A stretch of 64,000 nucleotides of DNA from the IMG/VR virus record IMGVR_UViG_3300034105_003474, positions 64,001 through 128,000 of that record; one strand, written 5' to 3'. The position numbers were made by a program, and so were the translations under genes. The notes below the pieces were generated by a model. That model did no database searches, had not been told where the DNA came from, and saw only the letters and a program-made list of their open reading frames with translations. The first letter of the stretch is position 1. Every line of letters begins with the position of its first letter. This document shows positions 19,077 to 27,066 of this stretch, piece after piece. Source of the stretch: a virus.

Positions 19077-21940
19077 CTTTGGTTACTTGGAATTATATTG
19101 ACTATCTCATTTTCGGCGTTGCGAAGGTTTGCAAGACTTCGTACCATGCCATCATAAAGTGCTCCTGCTCGGGCTTTATTTGAGTCAGTCTTACTTACTT
19201 TCTGCAATGCGTCTGTTATGAATTGTTCACGACCGACAGCAAGTGTTTTTTCTGTTTGCACAACAACCTGTCTGTACACTTCTTGAATTCGCGCATAAGT
19301 TTCACGCCTTTGCGCGTCTGACATAGCGGGTAGTGCGGTGCGCATTGTGGCAAGAATGTCCTGATCCATTGAGAAACCCCGTTGGTAACGATCAAACAGC
19401 CCTCCGTGTGCCCTTCCAGCCCAACCCAAGTCCATCGGAACGACATGCGCTAATTTCTTGCCGTCTGGTAATTCCACTACACGACCCATACCGTTGCCTC
19501 CGTGGCGGTCGCTAACACCAAGAATATAGTTGGCTAGAACATTGGACAATCTTTCAGGAAGACCTTTATCTGGAAGAGCGTTCAGGGCTCCTTTGTTGAA
19601 ATCGTACCCACCAGCAGCACCGCCGATTACTGCCCCTTCAGGCACGTCGTTGTGTGCCAGAGGGATCATGATGTAAGGGGTTCCTTTTCGGACTGTTCCA
19701 AGAGGCTTTCGTACATCTGCTTCAAGTTTACCGTCTTGAATTGCTCCGTCTTCCAAGATCCCTACAGCAGCCAAGTAGTTCCATCCAATGAGTTCGCCGA
19801 CATTGTCGGCAGGTTTTGCAGCCTTGAAAACCCATCCCTGATTAGTCGGATTTCCATTTTCATCACGCAAAAAGTAAATTTTAGTTACACCTACAGCGCC
19901 ACCGTTGGGTTGTACTTTTTTGAAACGCTTATTTGTGTCTCGTGGGTCTGATGAAGCGTTTGCCTCTATGGCAATGTGCATGAATTTTGCTGGAACTTTT
20001 TGTATGTCTCCACCATTTTTTATATGGTCAATTGCTTTTTGTTCCGTATTAATTGTTCGGTCTTCTTCGGAAACAAACTTTCCGATAGGGGAGTTCCTTC
20101 TGTCTATCTTTAACTTACCATGAGCATTTTTTGATCTTGCAAACTTACGGAATGGTGATTTCTTTTGTCCTTGAGCCGCTGCTCTTGGTGCAGTAGGTGG
20201 TTTAGGTGTCGTTGGTGAATTGTCTTCTGTCGCTGGGAATTCCCCTGAAGGACCGCCAGCAGCAGCATAAATAAATTCTGCGAAGTTGTTGTAGTCACTT
20301 ACCGTATGGCGACCGCCATAGCCCTGTTCGTAAGAGTTCCCATCTGGTTCGCGTAGAGTAAATTTTGTTAATTTTCCATTACCGTCAAACTCTGGAGTAA
20401 GCGTGTAACCATTTCGTGTCCACATAGTTTTATCTGTGTTAAGAACCCAATTTGAATTTAAATTCAACTTTTCCAAATTGTTCAGTGGTTGATTATTAGG
20501 TGCTTGTCCCTGTTGTTGAGCAGGACGTGCTGGTCTCACAGGTCGCGCTGGTGCTGGCTCTGGAACATCATCGGCGGTTGGTTTGCGTGTAGCGCTACGA
20601 GCGGCACCTGCTGTTGTTGCCTTCTTGCGACGACCACGATTATTCCGTGGGCGACGAGCCTGTGGTGTTGGCGGTTCAAAATCTTGTGGTGCACTACGAC
20701 CGTGAGCATCTTTCCAAGCGTCACGAAGATTAGGTTTGTTGATTGCATACCATTCACGCCGTGTCAGCATTCCTGCGTTTCCACCACCTGCGCGAATCTC
20801 ACGAACACGCTTAGCGTATTCATCGTATTTTCTTAATACATACGGGCTGAAACCTTCGGTTGCACTTGCGTCTGATGCTTCGCGTGCTGTGAGTACATCA
20901 ACGTTTTCTGCTTGTGGTGCAACGCGTGGGCGTGGCTGTGGTCGTCTTTGTCCTGCTGGCGCTGGTCGGCGTGCAGGACGAGGTGTTGACGCAGGCGTTG
21001 GCGCTGTTTCAGGAATAACATCGCGTCTCCTGTTTTGTGGTCTACGAGCCGATGGTGCACCTGCTTCAGGTAGTACATCTTCGCTTCTTTCGCGACCACC
21101 ATTTCCGTTAACAACTCTGTCTAAAACACTTCCGGGTCGCAGGTCATCTGCTATGCGGTTGCCAAGTTCAGCAAAACCAGGACCGCCTCTTCGCTGTCGC
21201 GGTTTAGCACCACCTTCAAGACGATCAGCAATACCGCGCAATCCACCTTCAACGCGACCAGTCTCAGGAACTCCACCAAGCCGTCTAATCATTCGTGCGT
21301 TACGACGGTCAAGGCGACGCTTTCGTTTGTCGTCGTCTCGTTGTTCTAAGCGTTCACCGATGTCGGCGATTTGGTTGGCGATGCGACGCGCTACGCCCCA
21401 ACCGCACGAACGACCAAAACGATCGGTGATCTGTCCGCCATATCGTGTCCCTACAGGGCATCGGAAACCACCACGACGATTCGTGCCGGGAATAGAAAGA
21501 CTCGGATCCCAAATTGCTCGCACACCTTTGATTTCAAAGTTGAAAGATGATTGGGTTTGGTCAGAGATAAATGATGAAGCCTTGAAACTCAGAACATTTT
21601 GGAATTCTTCGTTTGAAAACTCAGAAAGTAAAACCTCAGATATTGAAAGAACAGGAAGGTTTTTGGTTTCTACAATTTCCGGTTTAAGGAATGCAAGGTT
21701 TGCAACCTTTTTCTCTATCGCTGATCCTGATGGGCTTGGACCTTCAATAATTTTTGATGAGTCCATTGTTTGAACTAGTTCAGGTTTTGTTATAGGTGTT
21801 TTGCCATATTCTTGACGGAGAAATGTGGCAACTTCTTTAGCGGCTTCGGTCATTGGCTTGAAGGTGGATCCTTCAGGGGTCGTTGAGACGACCATAAATG
21901 GTGTGTTGTCGCGATTTTTGATAATGAAAACTAGGTTCAT
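19073..21940 (-). CDS. Polymorphic head-module protein: RCPxG module plus C-terminal HipA/PI3K-like kinase
   Basis: GGAVG loop, WVFK, GELIG, DRHGGN, PMD. Confidence 0.75.
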   Translation of the reverse strand: MNLVFIIKNRDNTPFMVVSTTPEGSTFKPMTEAAKEVATFLRQEYGKTPITKPELVQTMDSSKIIEGPSPSGSAIEKKVANLAFLKPEIVETKNLPVLSISEVLLSEFSNEEFQNVLSFKASSFISDQTQSSFNFEIKGVRAIWDPSLSIPGTNRRGGFRCPVGTRYGGQITDRFGRSCGWGVARRIANQIADIGERLEQRDDDKRKRRLDRRNARMIRRLGGVPETGRVEGGLRGIADRLEGGAKPRQRRGGPGFAELGNRIADDLRPGSVLDRVVNGNGGRERSEDVLPEAGAPSARRPQNRRRDVIPETAPTPASTPRPARRPAPAGQRRPQPRPRVAPQAENVDVLTAREASDASATEGFSPYVLRKYDEYAKRVREIRAGGGNAGMLTRREWYAINKPNLRDAWKDAHGRSAPQDFEPPTPQARRPRNNRGRRKKATTAGAARSATRKPTADDVPEPAPARPVRPARPAQQQGQAPNNQPLNNLEKLNLNSNWVLNTDKTMWTRNGYTLTPEFDGNGKLTKFTLREPDGNSYEQGYGGRHTVSDYNNFAEFIYAAAGGPSGEFPATEDNSPTTPKPPTAPRAAAQGQKKSPFRKFARSKNAHGKLKIDRRNSPIGKFVSEEDRTINTEQKAIDHIKNGGDIQKVPAKFMHIAIEANASSDPRDTNKRFKKVQPNGGAVGVTKIYFLRDENGNPTNQGWVFKAAKPADNVGELIGWNYLAAVGILEDGAIQDGKLEADVRKPLGTVRKGTPYIMIPLAHNDVPEGAVIGGAAGGYDFNKGALNALPDKGLPERLSNVLANYILGVSDRHGGNGMGRVVELPDGKKLAHVVPMDLGWAGRAHGGLFDRYQRGFSMDQDILATMRTALPAMSDAQRRETYARIQEVYRQVVVQTEKTLAVGREQFITDALQKVSKTDSNKARAGALYDGMVRSLANLRNAENEIVNIIPSNQR

Positions 21941-22062
21941 TGTTTACTTTCCACATTCGTGAAGATATTCAGCAAGCCATGCAAATCTTGAGGTTGCATT
22001 ATCGCTACCGTAAAATGGTATCACTAAGTGGGTGATATTAATTTTAGGTTGATGTCAATATA

Positions 22063-22359
22063 TTATTTGTTATCTAATTTTTTGTGACCCAAGGCAACTA
22101 GGAAATTATTAATTTTATCCTTATTTGAACCCTTGTACTCAAGTATTTCTGCATGACGGTATGAGTACCCATGCAACATACTCTCAAGGTCAGCCCTATC
22201 CGACGAGCCTTTCTTGACCGCCAAAAAGTGTTCATTGTCCTTTTTGTCTGAATCTTTATCCTTTGAGTAATACTTAATAATCCCTTTATCGTCCTCAACT
22301 ATGACGAGTGGATCCACCTGAACTAGTGGGTCTTTGGAGGTGATGATCGCTGCTCTCAT
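22063..22359 (-). CDS. Small protein, candidate kinase immunity protein (homolog of 26749-27066)
   Basis: MRAAIIT...PLVIVEDDKGI...NEHFL...GYSY. Confidence 0.6.
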   Translation of the reverse strand: MRAAIITSKDPLVQVDPLVIVEDDKGIIKYYSKDKDSDKKDNEHFLAVKKGSSDRADLESMLHGYSYRHAEILEYKGSNKDKINNFLVALGHKKLDNK

Positions 22360-22364
22360 GGTTC

Positions 22365-25037
22365 CTATGATCCTATAATCAAATCAGCAAGTCTGCCGGG
22401 GTCAACATCTGTTATATATTTCATTTTTCTTTGCGGTTTTACGCCAACCCTCAAAAGAGCCTGATCCCCACCCCTAGGGTTAGCGGTTCCATCCCCACCG
22501 GCTTTCAGTACATCTTCAACAACATTCATATACGGGTTTTTACGCTCTGCCTCACGGATGGACTTCTGAACCTCTTCAACGGCTAAGAGTATCTCGCGCC
22601 GACTTATTTGCCTATCTTTGAATTGCTGTCTCAATGTTGCAAGCATCTCGTTTCTTCTACCACCAACATCGTTGCCTAAAAAGCCTCGTAATCCTTCGTC
22701 GTTGCCATCATAATTTTCGTGAGCCCGCCCACCCCAGTTGACATCAAACCCAAGAGAAGGATCAATTGGGACGAACCGCTTCTTACCACTGGAGTCAGTC
22801 GCTACAAAGAAGTTCCCTCCATGGCGGTCTCTGTTGACCATGATGTAGTCCAAAAGTGTCGCTCTAACACGATCGGCAGGTTTTATTTGCGACACGGCTA
22901 CTTGATTTCTTCCGTCTGTCAGCACCCCATCAACGTAGTTCCCTGCGTGTTCATAAACAATAGCCCTACCAGCGCTGTTAGGGGCACCCGGTCCACCTTT
23001 TTGTTTCCCATCCATTCGCACACCACCGACAGGCATGCCAAGTCTACCAGCAAGATTATTGCCGATCACTTCATGAATGTCTTCGTTTTCTGCATGGGCA
23101 CCACTTTGGTATTTTAAGAAAAACTTGTTCCCAGTGATGGCGTCGGTAAACATATGCATATTGTTGGGAATGTTGCCGTTAACACCACCACCAGCATCTG
23201 ATTTAGAGAATCTTGTTGTTGCACCGTGTAGTGCTTCACCCAATAACTCATCAGGGACATCAGCCAAATCTCCACCTTTTTCTAGGTGGTCAATTGCTTG
23301 CTCCTTGGTATCCATACCTTTGTTCCCCAATGGAACGCTTTTCACATCAGGCAAACCGTCTTCACCTAATTTGTTCAGTTTTTCTGGTGCATGACCATCT
23401 TTTGCTTTTGGTGGTGAGACATCCCATCCACCTTCTGGTTCTGGTATGTCTGCTGGTCGTTGTGGTGGTTGCGCTGGTGACTGTACGCGTGGAGCGTTCT
23501 GGTCGTTGACATTATTATTTGGTACAACAACTTGATTTCGTTGCCTAAATTCAATAGCAGCATCAATTTCAGCAAGTCTTAATTCGGCAGCGGAAACTCC
23601 GTCTTTTATTTTTTCTTTTTGTCCCCACATTCGCAATAAATTATCTCTGGCTTCGTCTCTTTCTCGTTCGCTACCATTCTTTTTACTCTGCCAGTCTTCA
23701 AAGGCTCTATCAAATCCTGCTTGAGCCTCTTTGAGAAGTTCTTGATCTCTAATTTTCTTTCCCAAAACTTCTTCTTTGGACATGTTGCGCAAATTATTGT
23801 AAGCGTTCGGCTTGTATCTTTCAATTTCCCCTTCTACTGCTTTGACTAAAGCCTCGTCTCTTTGCTGGTCAAACTCCCTGCGAGGGTTTATGTCTCTTGC
23901 TGGCAGTGGCGGTGGACCTGCTCGTCGTGCAGGTGCTTCAGGTTCAGGCTGTGGCGCTCCTGCTTGTTGCCCAAATATTTGTTGGTTAACAAAATTGCCA
24001 CGAGCATTACGCTTATTGTTGTCATCGTAATACCGACCAAACCTTCTCTCTAGTTCGGCTTTTTCTTCGCCTTCAGGGAAGTCTGGTTTACGCCAATACG
24101 CATCTTCGGGTAATCCGCGAAGATCGCCAAATCGGTTAACAACATTACGGATAGAACGATCGTCCGGTATGCTCCCTCCCAACTCGTCTGCTGTTGGGTT
24201 CCATGCGGGTGGTGGTGGAATTGGTGATGATTGTTCCGCTGGTCGTTCTGGTGGTTTTGGTGCGGGTTTTCTGCGTGGCACCTTTGTCGGTACAGGTTTT
24301 GAACCGTCAACAAAATCTGCTTCAGGTTTTCTTCTAACAGTTCTTTTTGCGCCTTGTTGTGTAGCGTTTCGTCGGCGTCGTCGTGGAGCATTTGGTGCGG
24401 GTGGTTCACCTGTGCGTGGTGCGCCGGGTTGAACTATTTCTCTGTCCATTCTTCGTGCTTCTGATTCACGGAGATTTCCTCTTCTCCGAGGTGCCCGTGC
24501 TGGTTCTCTTGCTGGTTGTTCAGCATCTCCGCCAACAGGGATTCTTGGACGAGCAGGAGGTTCTATGCGTGCAGGATTTTGAACAGCGATTCGTGGACGA
24601 GCAGGAGCGCGTGGAGTAGTTACTGGTTTTCCAGTTGCTCCACCATCTAACGCGTCTGCCAAACCGCGAGCGCCACGCTCAAGTAAGCCGGGTTTATCTT
24701 GACGAGCCAAAAACCGTTGCACACGCGCATTCCGTTTTGCCAAACGAGCATTTCGTTTACGGTCGTCAACATTCTCTAGCCGTTCACCAATATCTGCTAT
24801 CTGGTTTGCGATTCTCCGAGCAACACCCCACCCGCAAGACCGTCCATAACGGTCTGTAATTTGACCGCCGTATCTTGTGCCAACAGGGCAACGCCAACCG
24901 CCACGACGATTCGTGCCCGGAATAGACAAACTTGGATCCCAAAGCGCACGAGCGCCTTTAACATCATAATTAAAAGTACTTGCAGTTTGCTCAGCGAGAA
25001 ACGCGAGCGCCTTGTAATTCACTTCATTCTTGAGCAT
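22365..25037 (-). CDS. Polymorphic head-module protein: RCPxG module plus C-terminal HipA/PI3K-like kinase
   Basis: GGGVNG loop, FFLK, HEVIG, LDYIMVNRDRHGGN, PID. Confidence 0.8.
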   Translation of the reverse strand: MLKNEVNYKALAFLAEQTASTFNYDVKGARALWDPSLSIPGTNRRGGWRCPVGTRYGGQITDRYGRSCGWGVARRIANQIADIGERLENVDDRKRNARLAKRNARVQRFLARQDKPGLLERGARGLADALDGGATGKPVTTPRAPARPRIAVQNPARIEPPARPRIPVGGDAEQPAREPARAPRRRGNLRESEARRMDREIVQPGAPRTGEPPAPNAPRRRRRNATQQGAKRTVRRKPEADFVDGSKPVPTKVPRRKPAPKPPERPAEQSSPIPPPPAWNPTADELGGSIPDDRSIRNVVNRFGDLRGLPEDAYWRKPDFPEGEEKAELERRFGRYYDDNNKRNARGNFVNQQIFGQQAGAPQPEPEAPARRAGPPPLPARDINPRREFDQQRDEALVKAVEGEIERYKPNAYNNLRNMSKEEVLGKKIRDQELLKEAQAGFDRAFEDWQSKKNGSERERDEARDNLLRMWGQKEKIKDGVSAAELRLAEIDAAIEFRQRNQVVVPNNNVNDQNAPRVQSPAQPPQRPADIPEPEGGWDVSPPKAKDGHAPEKLNKLGEDGLPDVKSVPLGNKGMDTKEQAIDHLEKGGDLADVPDELLGEALHGATTRFSKSDAGGGVNGNIPNNMHMFTDAITGNKFFLKYQSGAHAENEDIHEVIGNNLAGRLGMPVGGVRMDGKQKGGPGAPNSAGRAIVYEHAGNYVDGVLTDGRNQVAVSQIKPADRVRATLLDYIMVNRDRHGGNFFVATDSSGKKRFVPIDPSLGFDVNWGGRAHENYDGNDEGLRGFLGNDVGGRRNEMLATLRQQFKDRQISRREILLAVEEVQKSIREAERKNPYMNVVEDVLKAGGDGTANPRGGDQALLRVGVKPQRKMKYITDVDPGRLADLIIGS

Positions 25038-26756
25038 TTATTTTTTCTTCTTTGCGCTGACCAAGTCTGGCTTAATGAAGGTTTCGTACTGCCAACGAGG
25101 TGCTGTTCTTTCAATACCGTCAAGACCTGTGTAAGTAACAAGTTCCAACGGCTTAGGAACATTTCCTGTATCGGTGATAAACTTAAATGCACCTTCTGAG
25201 TTTTTGGCAAAATTCTCAATATTTGAAATAATGTTATCTTTTGTGCTTGATTCTGCAAGAGAGTTAATCATTCGTGGGAACTTGCGCTTCTCGCCAATCG
25301 TAAATGGTCGTGAACGCTCAATACTTACCACTACACCGTTTGGTGCAACAAACGCAATTTTACTCATTGAAGGACCACCCAATAGTGCCAGATCATCTGC
25401 TCCTATATCAGCAGGTAGTTGAATGGCGCGAACCATTGCGCCGTCAACCATGTCAGGGTTCTCGCTAAAAGAACGAAGAACAGATGAAGCAACAACAGGA
25501 CGCAAAACCACTCCGTCTCTGCGGATCATTCTGCCTTCACCTTTTGGTGCGCCTTTAAGCAAGTTGATTGAATCCGATACTGAACGGTTGAATTTATCTT
25601 TTTGGAATGCACCTGTTCGTGGTATCTGTGCCATGCGCTGAATTTGAATTGTTCGCGCTGCTGTCGGTGAACCTTCTAATACTTCGGACAGATTCTCTGC
25701 TCGCGCTTGTGGAAGTTTTGGTGATGCTGTCGGGCGCATTGCTCGCCTTATGAGTTCTAGCGGACCTGGTATTTCAAACAACTGCGCACCACAAGTGGAG
25801 AAACGATTGTCCGTGAAACGACCACCAAATTCAAAACCGGCAGGGCATCGTGCTTGACGCCTGCGATTAGGCTTGAGCCTGCTGAGCGCCCCACCGCCAC
25901 CGCCGGGAATAAGTGCGCCATAAAGTCTTGAGCGAATAGGTGCGCTGAATGGGGATATGTTGCCCGGTGTTACTACAGAACCAACTGCCTGAGCCGCTCT
26001 ACCAAGTCCACTTGAAGAACCAACAAGACCTGCTTTGATTTCCATGTCTTCAGCGTCATCTTTTTCAACACGGTATCCACCGCCACGCTTCTTGTATTCG
26101 CGAACAAGCCAAGCGTTAGCGTAAGCAGAAGGGTATACATTGAATTTCTTTTTTGCTTCGGCTTTTACTCGCGCATAAAGTTCTTTGTCCGTTGGGATAT
26201 TCGCACCTTTTAATGTGGTCTCATCAGATTTGAATGTGGACACATTGATCGGCTTGTTTTCTTCTCGGTTACCCGCTGTTTCTGCACGACGCTTTCTGCG
26301 AACAGCGGAATCAATTTCTTCTGCGGACATTCTCATCGCTGTAGATTTCTTTACACACTTAGGGTATTTACCTGAATCTGCGTCTCCGCGACCACATGAC
26401 TCAAATCCGCCACCTTTTTTCGGGCGTGAAATATCAACCCATTCTTCTTCAAACCATTTCCCTAATCCACCGCGCTTGGATTCATCACCGATAAAGGTTT
26501 CTGCACCTAGTTTTGATGTACGAGACTTTAGGTAAAGTTTTGCTTTAAAGTTTAGAAGAGCCCTACTTCCGTCAAGCGGAGTTTTACGAACATCTGATCC
26601 TTTAGTGAAAAGGAATTTTGTTTTTGCATTATCAGGGTTAAAATAAATTTCCTCACCAGAGACAATATTCGTCCGTTTCATAGCAGTTTTCATACGCATA
26701 GACATACGGAGTTTTCTCGCAAAATACTCAAAGTCTTGGTTGAGATAACTACTCAT
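25038..26756 (-). CDS. Multi-domain head-module protein (GLGKWFEEEWVD domain, DUF5872-like YPSAYA domain, divergent RCPAG module)
   Basis: RVKAEAKKKFNVYPSAYANAWLVREYKKRGG; RCPAGFEFGGRFTDNRFSTCG. Confidence 0.65.
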   Translation of the reverse strand: MSSYLNQDFEYFARKLRMSMRMKTAMKRTNIVSGEEIYFNPDNAKTKFLFTKGSDVRKTPLDGSRALLNFKAKLYLKSRTSKLGAETFIGDESKRGGLGKWFEEEWVDISRPKKGGGFESCGRGDADSGKYPKCVKKSTAMRMSAEEIDSAVRRKRRAETAGNREENKPINVSTFKSDETTLKGANIPTDKELYARVKAEAKKKFNVYPSAYANAWLVREYKKRGGGYRVEKDDAEDMEIKAGLVGSSSGLGRAAQAVGSVVTPGNISPFSAPIRSRLYGALIPGGGGGALSRLKPNRRRQARCPAGFEFGGRFTDNRFSTCGAQLFEIPGPLELIRRAMRPTASPKLPQARAENLSEVLEGSPTAARTIQIQRMAQIPRTGAFQKDKFNRSVSDSINLLKGAPKGEGRMIRRDGVVLRPVVASSVLRSFSENPDMVDGAMVRAIQLPADIGADDLALLGGPSMSKIAFVAPNGVVVSIERSRPFTIGEKRKFPRMINSLAESSTKDNIISNIENFAKNSEGAFKFITDTGNVPKPLELVTYTGLDGIERTAPRWQYETFIKPDLVSAKKKK

Positions 26757-27066
26757 TTTTTGCCGATTCTTTCGGTTCTTCAGGTTCCGCTATTTCTGCG
26801 GGCAAGGTTGTCTTCCACTTTTTAGCCAACTGCCTTAAAAGTGTAATATTTTTTTCATCCAGCACATTAGTACTAACACTATGATACGACATTCCCGAGG
26901 TTGCTTTTTCAATAGTGTCCCTTTGGGACAGAAACAATTCGTTTGTCAAACTTGATGCGAACTTCGGGTCAGGGGCTACCACACCAAAAATGCCGTAATC
27001 CCCCTCAAGAAGAACATATGGGATACCTGAAACATCGGCACTCGGGGTAACTAGGGCGTATCTCAT
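26749..27066 (-). CDS. Small protein, candidate kinase immunity protein (homolog of 22063-22359)
   Basis: MRYALVT...PYVLLEGDYGI...NELFL...GMSY; ATGA overlap with the kinase stop codon. Confidence 0.6.
   Translation of the reverse strand: MRYALVTPSADVSGIPYVLLEGDYGIFGVVAPDPKFASSLTNELFLSQRDTIEKATSGMSYHSVSTNVLDEKNITLLRQLAKKWKTTLPAEIAEPEEPKESAKNE

Noticed and set aside
20736-21773. 345-aa plus-strand ORF and similar antisense ORFs over the head and tail modules
   Set aside because: Shadows of low-complexity coding sequence on the opposite strand, with no motifs or RBS.
21992-22025. Fourth copy of the GGTTGCAT promoter motif, antisense to the array
   Set aside because: Lacks the TTTT extension and has no TAnnnT at the 20-nt spacing.
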